IMG/VR virus record: IMGVR_UViG_3300046662_000041
Span: 28,924 to 92,923 of that record
Length of the DNA: 64,000 nt
DNA from: a virus
Lineage: Duplodnaviria; Caudoviricetes
Direction: 5' to 3' (one strand)
Shown here: piece by piece, positions 45,069 to 53,674 of the stretch
How positions within the stretch are numbered: the stretch's first letter is position 1
How the letters are laid out: the number at the start of each line of letters is the position of its first letter
Made by a program: the position numbers and the translations under genes
Notes under the pieces: model-generated
Seen by the model: only the letters and a program-made list of their open reading frames with translations
Databases searched by the model: none
What the model was told of the DNA's origin: nothing

Positions 45069-45569
45069 TTAGGCAGTTTTACTCGCAGACCCAGTAAACC
45101 GTTGGATCGTTTGCTTCAGTGAGTTAATTACTGCATCAATTGCTGCATCGCCTTTCGAGTGTGCCGCCGCAGTCATAAATGGTCGCTTGCCCATCTTGTG
45201 CGTGCCCAGCTCAAAGAAGCGGACCACGGCTGCTACGGCTACGCGGCCAACCTTAAACGTCCGACCCTTCCGATTCGTTTTCATCCGATAACCACCACTC
45301 GAGTCTGGATAATCGATGTTACCTTGCGGCCCAATGAAGACCGAACCTGCAAACTTATTCCGAATCATCTTCAGCCGCATACTGAAGTGTTTCTTCATAA
45401 AGCCGGTCCGCTCCGGCGCATTCTCAATGACACCTTCAAGTATGACATGACCACCAGCGCGCAACGCAGCTTTGGCGCCGTCCTTCTGCACAGCTTCATC
45501 GAGCTGTGAAAGTTGCTGGTCTAGCTCCTTCCAGCCCTTCAGATCGATCGAGAAATCTTCGCCTGCCAT
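45069..45569 (-). CDS. HK97 gp10-like tail component
   Basis: ALRAGG, AP.RTG, RFFELGTHKM.KRPFM. Confidence 0.9.
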   Translation of the reverse strand: MAGEDFSIDLKGWKELDQQLSQLDEAVQKDGAKAALRAGGHVILEGVIENAPERTGFMKKHFSMRLKMIRNKFAGSVFIGPQGNIDYPDSSGGYRMKTNRKGRTFKVGRVAVAAVVRFFELGTHKMGKRPFMTAAAHSKGDAAIDAVINSLKQTIQRFTGSASKTA

Positions 45570-45964
45570 TACGGTGCCACCGGTGTTGCCGGCTGTTGTT
45601 GACTCTGATTGATCTCCGTACAGACCAAGACGAGCATCTTATTCTGCTCTGTCGGATTGATCACATTGTTGATCTGCCACGTCCGGCCATTCCACCAGAC
45701 CTGCATCTGTGTTGTAACGTTGATGCGGCCGTGTGGATGCCGCATCGTGATCCAATGCGTGCTGGTTTGCATGAACTCTTGCGCTGCCAAAACCGAACCG
45801 CCAAGATATGCCTCGATTGAGGCATAGCAGGTCCAAACGATTGTGAAGTTGCTTGGACCGTAAGGAATGCTGCCACCAGAATCTTGCACGCCTGTTGGAG
45901 CCACGAGCTGAATCCGGTGGCGAAGCTCACCTGCTTCGATGTTTTGTGGTATCTTCCGTGCCAT
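45569..45964 (-). CDS. Head closure / head-tail adaptor (SPP1 gp16-like)
   Basis: AGELRHRIQL, THWITMR, LVLVC.E. Confidence 0.85.
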   Translation of the reverse strand: MARKIPQNIEAGELRHRIQLVAPTGVQDSGGSIPYGPSNFTIVWTCYASIEAYLGGSVLAAQEFMQTSTHWITMRHPHGRINVTTQMQVWWNGRTWQINNVINPTEQNKMLVLVCTEINQSQQQPATPVAP

Positions 45965-46600
45965 TTATTTACCCATCCCCATCAACATGTGCAAATGAGC
46001 AATGAATCCACTTCCGTTAACACCGTTTGCCGCATCACTAAACGGAAATGCATCGTTGATCGGCCTTTGTAAAGCAGCAGTGCGAGAAAGATTCTCACTA
46101 AACGGCACCGAATCACTTATGCTACGTGCCAAGCTGAGTAGCCGAGTAAGTGACTCTGAAAATGTGACCGTATCTGTTAAGGTTCGTGACAGGGCCGCTA
46201 AGCGTGTAACTGCATCCGAAAATGAAAAGGTGTCGTTAATAGCCCGCGGCAATGCAACAGTTCGTGTCAGCGAATCACTAAATGCTAAGTTATCCGTTGC
46301 TACCCGCCCCAGTGCTATTGTCTTTGCAGCAGAATCACTAAATATAAGTGCGTCGCTTGGAGCCCGCGGTAACGCAACTTGACGTGCAACTGAATCCGAA
46401 GGGACAACCGTATCAGATATCGCTCTTGGTAAACTAACGTTTCCAATGGCAGAGTCACTAAATGCCAGCATATCGATAGGGGCACGTGACAGCGCAACGT
46501 TGCTTGCAACTGTATCTGTACATGCAAGCATATCAGTCGCCGTCACTCGGGCAGCGGTGTTTTGCCATCTGCTTGTCTGCCCGAGGATGGCGATTAACAC
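45965..46600 (-). CDS. Virion protein built of nine ~20-aa RxxxDxxxFSD repeats (GTG start)
   Basis: Repeats visible in the translation; SD GGAG before GTG at 46600. Confidence 0.75.
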   Translation of the reverse strand: MLIAILGQTSRWQNTAARVTATDMLACTDTVASNVALSRAPIDMLAFSDSAIGNVSLPRAISDTVVPSDSVARQVALPRAPSDALIFSDSAAKTIALGRVATDNLAFSDSLTRTVALPRAINDTFSFSDAVTRLAALSRTLTDTVTFSESLTRLLSLARSISDSVPFSENLSRTAALQRPINDAFPFSDAANGVNGSGFIAHLHMLMGMGK

Positions 46601-46602
46601 GA

Positions 46603-47259
46603 TTACTCCATATCGGTTTCTTGCTCGATCCACTCAGCGAGTGGTCCAAATAAAGGCGTGGTACCAGCGAGTGCTAACACTGTGAGACCAAGCCCTTGCC
46701 CTGGAGGCACCGCGATTCGGCCTTCAATTGTGCGATTGACTATCAAGCCAGAGCCCGGAAAGGCTCCAACGTTAGGCGATGGATTCTCTGCTATCGAAAA
46801 CCAAAGGCCAGCGGCCGGCCCGGTAAGCACAACAGCCGATTTAACAATAGCTTTGCTTGCAATCGCACTGTTTGATCCACTACCAACAACAATGCCAGTT
46901 GCGTTGGCACCGATTTGAGCAGGTGCAGTAAACAGTGCGGCAAGCAATTGACCGCCAACGCCGGGCGTTCCTGATAATGGAAATGCTCCCAATGCTTTGA
47001 AGAAATATGTCTTTGTGGGATCGGCATTCCAGATTACCCATTGTGCAGCAGTGGTTGGTAACGCCTGAACTGGCGCAATACCTGTTGGCGCGGTGCCATT
47101 ATACGCCAAAAAGAAGCGACGACCTGCCCGGGTCATCTCAAAACCAGGTGGCTCAACAACTGCCGTTGCTAGAGATTCTTGATGTGTAATTCTTGCATCG
47201 ATTTGCGCTTTGCCGCCCTTGACGGCTATAAAGCGCCGATATGTTCCTTCAAATATCAT
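46603..47259 (-). CDS. Hypothetical virion-region protein
   Basis: Ala/Gly/Pro-rich beta protein in the head-neck block. Confidence 0.6.
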   Translation of the reverse strand: MIFEGTYRRFIAVKGGKAQIDARITHQESLATAVVEPPGFEMTRAGRRFFLAYNGTAPTGIAPVQALPTTAAQWVIWNADPTKTYFFKALGAFPLSGTPGVGGQLLAALFTAPAQIGANATGIVVGSGSNSAIASKAIVKSAVVLTGPAAGLWFSIAENPSPNVGAFPGSGLIVNRTIEGRIAVPPGQGLGLTVLALAGTTPLFGPLAEWIEQETDME

Positions 47260-47525
47260 CTTGAGCTCCCTCGGCCGGTCCCTCCGCGCCGATCTGTTGG
47301 TGAATATCTTTCAGTATGCCTGTGGCACATTGATAAGTCCGTTAGGTCAGATAATGTTATCGAATTCATTTCCTCAATTTGGCGTCGCTCTGACGAAATA
47401 AACACTTGGACGTTTTCACGGCGGATCTCGAGGCCACTTTGACTGTCTGCCGGATTGACGAGCGTAGTTTCAATCTGTGCCGTCGTATTAACGGCAGGCG
47501 GATTCTGTACCTGAATCTCTGCCAT
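47256..47525 (-). CDS. Hypothetical protein
   Basis: SD GAGG; ATGA overlap with the next gene. Confidence 0.55.
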   Translation of the reverse strand: MAEIQVQNPPAVNTTAQIETTLVNPADSQSGLEIRRENVQVFISSERRQIEEMNSITLSDLTDLSMCHRHTERYSPTDRRGGTGRGSSR

Positions 47526-47534
47526 AAAGCCTCT

Positions 47535-48077
47535 TTAGTAGTTAATCGTCCAAGTGATGGTGATCGTGTCACCATTTTGATTCACAGTCGCAGTTGCAGC
47601 AAGCAGTGTCTCTAAAATCAACGTGCCGGCAGATACCGCAGTAAATAGACCGACCTTCGCAATCACCTTCGCAACACCACCTGTGTATGTAAATGTCTTG
47701 GTAAAGACAGATGATGTTTGCCCCGCAGAGTGCGTCGGTGTCAGCTGAGTTGTTCGTGCGAGACCATTTGTAGTTTCTTCGCTGGCAAGTGTTGTGTCAC
47801 TGGCAGCAGGTGCAGTGACATCCGTTGTCAGTGCCATATAACCTGCAGTAGCTGTTTGCCCAGCAATACCACTTACACCAAAGAGCTGTTGATTCCAAAA
47901 ATCGGCGCCACCATTGGTACGCAGATTCTTTTGAAGCGAATGTGATTTGATATTGCCGAACTTGTCGCGAACAGTGATCTCAACGTCAGACCACATGCGA
48001 AAGCTATCTTCCACGGCGCGCTTCTTGCCAGTGAAGACTGCAACAGCATCACTAAAATTAAACTTATCGATTGGCAT
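47535..48077 (-). CDS. Virion structural protein (fibre/neck accessory)
   Basis: NLRTNGG, ASDTTLASE, GLFTA.SAGTL, GDTITITWTI. Confidence 0.7.
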   Translation of the reverse strand: MPIDKFNFSDAVAVFTGKKRAVEDSFRMWSDVEITVRDKFGNIKSHSLQKNLRTNGGADFWNQQLFGVSGIAGQTATAGYMALTTDVTAPAASDTTLASEETTNGLARTTQLTPTHSAGQTSSVFTKTFTYTGGVAKVIAKVGLFTAVSAGTLILETLLAATATVNQNGDTITITWTINY

Positions 48078-48079
48078 GG

Positions 48080-48799
48080 TTACACCAAAATGTAAGACAG
48101 ATCTCCGCCGACTGCTATTGCACCTGATAGATTGAGCATTAGTGCTTCACCTTGGGCCGTTTCAAAGTGGCCGACCGGACTATATGGCCTGACAAAACCA
48201 CCTTGCTTTGATGCATAAATCAGACCTGTCAGGTCCCCGACAACTGAGCTCTGCCATTTCAAATTGACATCATTACTTACAGACAGTGTTACACCTGTGA
48301 CGCGGATCTTCCTACCAACAACAGCAGCCACAACTTGCGTCACACCGGATGCCGATGCAACAACAGGGGCAAATGAAACTGCCGGAAACAAAGTTCCCAT
48401 AAAGAAATCCTTCAATGGTCCCGGCATCGAGTCTGCCGGCGGTATCACGTAAATCACATTCGGTGATCCAGGTGGACCCAGAATACCTTGATCGCCTTGC
48501 GAGCCTTTCGCACCTGGAAGTCCTAGCGGACCCTGCGGCCCTGGCGGCCCAGTCGATCCGATCGGACCTTGTGGCCCTTGAATACCTTGCGGTCCAGTTG
48601 GTCCTTGTGGCCCTGGTGCACCCGTCGGACCTTGCGGTCCGATAGAAATTGGATTTCCCTTGAGCAACTGATCCAGAAGCACCAAGCCACCTGTGCCAAT
48701 TGCAATAAATAATTCACGTGTATCGGTTGCAAAGAAAACATCACCGATCGGCCCGGTTGTAGGCAGCGATGCACGCGGCTGCGCGTGGAAGTCAGCCAT
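48080..48799 (-). CDS. Collagen-like protein (20 Gly-X-Y triplets)
   Basis: [12 protein letters not shown]...GPPGSP; N-terminal [14 protein letters not shown] fibre-like motif. Confidence 0.85.
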   Translation of the reverse strand: MADFHAQPRASLPTTGPIGDVFFATDTRELFIAIGTGGLVLLDQLLKGNPISIGPQGPTGAPGPQGPTGPQGIQGPQGPIGSTGPPGPQGPLGLPGAKGSQGDQGILGPPGSPNVIYVIPPADSMPGPLKDFFMGTLFPAVSFAPVVASASGVTQVVAAVVGRKIRVTGVTLSVSNDVNLKWQSSVVGDLTGLIYASKQGGFVRPYSPVGHFETAQGEALMLNLSGAIAVGGDLSYILV

Positions 48800-48800
48800 C

Positions 48801-49757
48801 TTATCCTCGCGTAGCTGCCAGATCCAGTACTCTGGAGTATGAAAGTAGTTGACGAACATGACGAGGAAGTTGGTCTTCATCGTCCTTCATCGGCTCGCGA
48901 TTTTCATAGCAGTCGGTCACAAGCTGCATGATTGCTGTCCGAATGTTTTGCGGCACATCTGAAGGATTAGGTCCAAAGCCCGCTGTGAAGTGGATCTGGA
49001 CTGCATTCGGCACATACAGGACTGAAGGCCAGAAACCGGCCGATGGACCTACAGGATTGATGCCAGGGAAAATGCGTGCTGGCTCCGAAACTGTGTCCAT
49101 AATGAAAGCACCGAACTCACCAGTCGGAGCGGGACCATCATTCCTCCACACTGCAGTCGCGGGAGCAACCTCAATCGTAAAGCCACCCAACTGTGGATTC
49201 CAAAGGCTCCCATTTGGACCTGGGAACGCTGTAATGCCAGGCGGATTGGCGCCGGATTTACCACTCGCTAGACTTGGATTCGGTGCGTAAAGAGTTTGTA
49301 TATTGCCATTGCCATCGACAACCTGCTGACCGTTATTAAAAACAGTCTGCGGATACCATAAAGACGGCTGAGGCACAAGGTCGTGATACATTCGATCTGA
49401 AGTCGCTATGTAGGTGATACGATCGACGCTAATCAGCGGTGGCCTGAAAAGCTTGATCATCTGTGAGTAATTCCACAGAGTCGTGCTGTACCGCGGCAGA
49501 GCATAGTAGCTCGGCGGATAAGCCATCTGACTCAACATCGTGTCCGTAAAGTATGGAAACGAATCAAGAGTCTGCAAGAAACCCTTTGAGATGAAGCTGC
49601 GGCGGCAATAACCCTCACAGAGAATCGTGGCTGCACTGATCAGCCCGGAGATGAGGTTGTCGTCATCTGTGATGTTGTCCACGCGGAGAAAGGTCTTAGC
49701 ATCCGCCAGAGTGACGGGATCTAATGCGGCGGGAAATTCAACCTTCAAACCAGCCAT
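48801..49757 (-). CDS. Head-tail connector (gp6/phiE125 gp8-like) with an inserted domain
   Basis: [23 protein letters not shown]; VP..IRTAI..LV..YENRE. Confidence 0.85.
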   Translation of the reverse strand: MAGLKVEFPAALDPVTLADAKTFLRVDNITDDDNLISGLISAATILCEGYCRRSFISKGFLQTLDSFPYFTDTMLSQMAYPPSYYALPRYSTTLWNYSQMIKLFRPPLISVDRITYIATSDRMYHDLVPQPSLWYPQTVFNNGQQVVDGNGNIQTLYAPNPSLASGKSGANPPGITAFPGPNGSLWNPQLGGFTIEVAPATAVWRNDGPAPTGEFGAFIMDTVSEPARIFPGINPVGPSAGFWPSVLYVPNAVQIHFTAGFGPNPSDVPQNIRTAIMQLVTDCYENREPMKDDEDQLPRHVRQLLSYSRVLDLAATRG

Positions 49758-49786
49758 GGCCTACTCTCCAACAGAGGCCGCGGCTA

Positions 49787-49972
49787 TTAAACGCCTGCGG
49801 CTCGGGCAACCTTACGCGCTGCATTTTGCAGCGCACCAAACATCCTGGTCTCAGGCTCTTCCTCGACTCGCTCAGCAGTGCCGGCCGCAATCTTTGCGTC
49901 AGCAGCTTTGGGCAACATGTCGATCACCTGACCAGTCGCACGAATCCTTACTCGCATCCATCCGTTTGCCAT
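49787..49972 (-). CDS. Small head-associated protein
   Basis: GQVIDM..AA...IAAGTAERV, immediately after the major capsid gene. Confidence 0.65.
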   Translation of the reverse strand: MANGWMRVRIRATGQVIDMLPKAADAKIAAGTAERVEEEPETRMFGALQNAARKVARAAGV

Positions 49973-49989
49973 TGGTTTCCTCACGAAGA

Positions 49990-50020
49990 AATAGAACGAG
50001 GGCTCTTGCGAGCCCCCGTT
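49990..50020 (-). terminator. Intrinsic terminator after the major capsid gene
   Basis: AACGGGGGCTC-GCAA-GAGCCCTCGTT followed by CTATTTC. Confidence 0.7.
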
Positions 50021-50040
50021 CAAAGTTGAGCAGCACTCCT

Positions 50041-51384
50041 TTAGGAGTGTTGCTGCAGGATGTTGACCGGGTGCGTACCCGCGTCCAGGAGCTGCGAATC
50101 AATCCTCGCAAAGCTCACGAAGCCGACCTGACCGAAGTCAGCATAGCGCTCAATCAGTTTCATCACAGCCAGGTCCTTGACCCGACGGGCGGTGAATTTC
50201 TTGAGATCGCCGAACACGATCGTGTTCTTGCTGGCGCCGATCTGATCCATAGCCTGATTGATCACGTAAGGATAGCCGTTGATCGTATCGGCTTCCTTGA
50301 CAGAGATGCCGGGCACCCAAAGAGGGCGGCCGTACTTGTCAATGATCTTCTTCAGGGCTGACAACGTTTGGTCATGGAACATATACTTCGCTCCACGACG
50401 ATAGGTTGGGTCAACGCTGTGTTCGAGGTTGACGAGATCGGAATAACCGATACTATTCACACCGGTCTGCGCACCGCCAGTCGACTCCGAAGAGCCGGCA
50501 GCGATGATCGGTGTTGCACCGGAGGCCAAGGTGGCCGTTATGATTCCAGTCGGTCCGGACGTGCCGGCGCCAGTGGTCAACTGAGCTTCCAAACCACGGC
50601 CCCAACGTTCTGCAAACCGCGCAGTCAGCCACGCTTCGAGATCGAACGCACTGTCCTGCAGCAATTCCAACGAGCAGCGAACCACACCTGACGTCATCTT
50701 CCAGGCGCCAAATATGATCTGACTGGCCGTCGCGTCTTGCTCAGCAACTTGCGTCGACTCGCCGATCAGCGTCGCGACTTGCGTCGTGTCGTTGCTGGTC
50801 GGGTAAGGCAGAGGCTGTCCGGTAGCGGTGTCCATCACCGTAATGACAGAGCCATCCAAGAGAGGAGCAAAATACTTGGTGGCTTGTTCGATGGCGTTGA
50901 CGAAGCCAGTCGGAACGAAGAAGCCCAAGCCTGAATACGTGCCGATGTGATTCGTGATCGGTACGCCTTCGTTCTCGTCTCGTTTTTCAACGATGCCCTT
51001 TTCGTAATCAATGCCGCGTTGAAGGGCTTCCATAACCTTGGCATTGCGGTGGCCCCATCCACCATTCTCAGGCATCTGACCGCGCCGGAGTACTTCGACG
51101 AAGGCATTGCGGTATTCGGCAACGCGATCTTCGAATTTGACTTCGCGCTTTTCGGTGCTAGGAACGATTGGAGTAGTTCCGCCAGGATTTGAGGCCCGAA
51201 TTTCGGCTTCAATGGCGTCTGCACGCTCGATGTTTTTGATGTCAACGCCGAGAGTGTCAACTTCTTTCATAAATGAATCGTAGCCCGACCGAGTCTCGGT
51301 CGTCTGCGGGGTGGCCTTCAGGAATTCAACCGCCTTGGCATGAGCCGCGGCGCGCTGTTCCTTGAGCTCTTTAAGTTTGCTCAT
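50041..51384 (-). CDS. Major capsid protein, HK97 fold
   Basis: N-terminal delta coiled coil; GFFVP; SLELLQDSAFDLE; DKYGRPLW; FGDL; ERYADFGQVGF. Confidence 0.95.
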   Translation of the reverse strand: MSKLKELKEQRAAAHAKAVEFLKATPQTTETRSGYDSFMKEVDTLGVDIKNIERADAIEAEIRASNPGGTTPIVPSTEKREVKFEDRVAEYRNAFVEVLRRGQMPENGGWGHRNAKVMEALQRGIDYEKGIVEKRDENEGVPITNHIGTYSGLGFFVPTGFVNAIEQATKYFAPLLDGSVITVMDTATGQPLPYPTSNDTTQVATLIGESTQVAEQDATASQIIFGAWKMTSGVVRCSLELLQDSAFDLEAWLTARFAERWGRGLEAQLTTGAGTSGPTGIITATLASGATPIIAAGSSESTGGAQTGVNSIGYSDLVNLEHSVDPTYRRGAKYMFHDQTLSALKKIIDKYGRPLWVPGISVKEADTINGYPYVINQAMDQIGASKNTIVFGDLKKFTARRVKDLAVMKLIERYADFGQVGFVSFARIDSQLLDAGTHPVNILQQHS

Positions 51385-51519
51385 TGGAGTCTCACTTTCT
51401 CCACGCGCTGTGCGAAGTTATTAACACAGATCAGGTGGCACTACTTTTGCTTGCCCTTTGTGCGCGCCTTGCGCCAAGGACTGCACGCATACAACTCACG
51501 TGCGAAACTTTTGAGAGTG

Positions 51520-53139
51520 TTACAGGACAATTTCTGGATCGAAGGTCTCTGCAACCTTCGCAACCGCTGCTTGATAGTCCACATCACTCCAAATCTTCAG
51601 ATTCGCTGCCCGAGTCTCGACGATTTGCTTCTTGCCGCGCTCGGTTGGCACGTATACCTTAGCAACAGGTGCCGACTCTCCAAATTTGATCTCGTCAGCT
51701 TCTTCAGTCGCACCCTCGTTATAGGTGTACGGAATCGAGAGATAAACTTCGTTAGCAACACACGAGTCCTGCACAATCACACGATCAGGATAGGTCTCAA
51801 CCAGCCAATACTTGCAGCAGCCTGGACCATATATCCCGTTGGTATTGTAACCAAACTGCTTCAACAGAGCCTGCCGAATGTCGTCCAGCTGATCCTCGAG
51901 AGTGCCTTCGGCATACCGCTTCTCACATCTGTTCATCGCTGCACGGCCAGTTTTGCCGCTATCAGCATAAGATATGTTTGTAGGTGTCGGCGTTCCACCA
52001 TTCTTGCCAGGATCAAGCATGCCTGCGATAGCTACGTTACCACCGGAGATAGCTTTTGGAAGAGCTTGCTTCCATCCAAATCCACCTTCAACTGCTTTCT
52101 TGTACGCAGCATTAAAGGCATCACAGTACACTTGCTTCATTTCTGCAGACCATGTCTCAGGACAGTCGAGAGGCCCGATGCTGTAATCATCAATACCGAC
52201 AACCGCACGTGCGGCATCTTTGATCACGCCATTAGCCTGCGCAAATGCACTCGACTCGGCATCCGCGGCAGCCTTTCCATCTGCTAGAGCTTTCTTGTAT
52301 GCGCTATTCCAGACTTCCATCCACTGCTTGCGCGATTTTTTCGGGACGCTATCTGGAACCTCGGACACGCTCGAATAAGGTCGCTTCTCTGTGGTAGAAG
52401 GAACCGCCCGCTCGGCAACAGCAGCGTTTGCTTTCTTGAAAGCTTTCTTTGTGGCTTTTTTGTCGCCCTTACCGTTTGACAGAGCGCGCTTGTAAGTGGC
52501 ATTGAAAGTCTCAAGCCACTGGCCGCGTTGTGCTTCCGGAATCGCTTCTGGAACGGTAATGCCAGTCATCGTACGAAAATTCTTTGCATCAACAGCCATC
52601 CGGAGCTCCATAGGGACCTCGGCGCAAGACCGAGCAGCTATATCAGTCCCTGAATACACCGGAAAGGTTACGGGTGAGACGTCCTGCATATCGACATCTG
52701 ATATATCTCGCTGCACAAAATACTCACCGTCTTCACCGCGTGCTTCAGACCAAGCCTGGCCACCTTCGGGAACCTTAAACGCGAAAGAGCAACCGCGAAT
52801 TGTGCCGTCTTTAATATTGGCGTACAAATCGCGAGCGTATGACGTGTCAGACATATCACAAACAAACCGAAGGCCAGTGGCATCTTCATTCAGCTTCAAA
52901 GTCCCCGCGGACACACGCCCAAGTGGCATCGATGGATTGTGGTTGAAAAGAGCCACCACGTCCTGTTTTTCACTAATGGAACGTTTGAACGCTCCAGGCA
53001 ACATGCGTTCTTTGAAACCCGGTAGAGAAGCAAGTTGATTGAATACAGCAGCGTGCCCCTCTATACGAAGAGGGTTTGTGGTATCGCCAGTCGCACGCAC
53101 TTCTGTCGAGGAAAGATAACGCAGTTCCGCGTTAGACAT
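51520..53139 (-). CDS. HK97 prohead protease with a long C-terminal extension containing three ChaB-like domains
   Basis: IEGHAAVF, ALFNH, GCSFAF, DVSPVTFP.Y; repeated W..(F/W)N.AY..A helices. Confidence 0.9.
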   Translation of the reverse strand: MSNAELRYLSSTEVRATGDTTNPLRIEGHAAVFNQLASLPGFKERMLPGAFKRSISEKQDVVALFNHNPSMPLGRVSAGTLKLNEDATGLRFVCDMSDTSYARDLYANIKDGTIRGCSFAFKVPEGGQAWSEARGEDGEYFVQRDISDVDMQDVSPVTFPVYSGTDIAARSCAEVPMELRMAVDAKNFRTMTGITVPEAIPEAQRGQWLETFNATYKRALSNGKGDKKATKKAFKKANAAVAERAVPSTTEKRPYSSVSEVPDSVPKKSRKQWMEVWNSAYKKALADGKAAADAESSAFAQANGVIKDAARAVVGIDDYSIGPLDCPETWSAEMKQVYCDAFNAAYKKAVEGGFGWKQALPKAISGGNVAIAGMLDPGKNGGTPTPTNISYADSGKTGRAAMNRCEKRYAEGTLEDQLDDIRQALLKQFGYNTNGIYGPGCCKYWLVETYPDRVIVQDSCVANEVYLSIPYTYNEGATEEADEIKFGESAPVAKVYVPTERGKKQIVETRAANLKIWSDVDYQAAVAKVAETFDPEIVL

Positions 53140-53187
53140 AATTGACTCCAACAATACTTTGATTTGATGTTACGGGTTTACACTTAA

Positions 53188-53220
53188 ACGAAAAGAGAGG
53201 CGGCATTCAAATGCCGCCTA
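53188..53220 (-). terminator. Intrinsic terminator
   Basis: AGGCGGCATT-TG-AATGCCGCCT followed by CTCTTTTC. Confidence 0.7.
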
Positions 53221-53221
53221 A

Positions 53222-53674
53222 TTAGTCCCCAGGTTTATTGGCGTCTTCGTCAGCATCATTCGCATTCTCAAAATCATCGAAGTCATCAAACATGTGAGCG
53301 GTGTGCGCTGTGTAGACGACAGCCTGCATGGTCTTTTGCTGTAGCTGGTGGCAAGCAGCAACATGATGATGGCCACCCCAGACGTAGAGCTTACCGGTCA
53401 TCGAATTGAGGATGATCTCAAGCATCTTTTGGCCAGCCACATTCCAGTTCTCGCAATATGCATCAATCTTATCTTGCTGGACCCAAGGCTGTGTTGGACG
53501 CAAGTCATCGATCACAACAAGGGCAAGCGTACCTGTGCCTGATGCCATTTGCTTCGCTGCCTCATATGTAACCTTCGAGCTTAGCGACTTGGCTTTGTGG
53601 CCAAAGATCTCGTCTGTAGAAAGTAGATCGGCAGCATCTCGCTTTTCTATCGGTTTGAATTCGAGAGCTCTCAT
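53222..53674 (-). CDS. ParB/sulfiredoxin N-terminal domain protein
   Basis: IDDLRPTQ..V..DKI; LYVWGGHHHVAA. Confidence 0.7.
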   Translation of the reverse strand: MRALEFKPIEKRDAADLLSTDEIFGHKAKSLSSKVTYEAAKQMASGTGTLALVVIDDLRPTQPWVQQDKIDAYCENWNVAGQKMLEIILNSMTGKLYVWGGHHHVAACHQLQQKTMQAVVYTAHTAHMFDDFDDFENANDADEDANKPGD

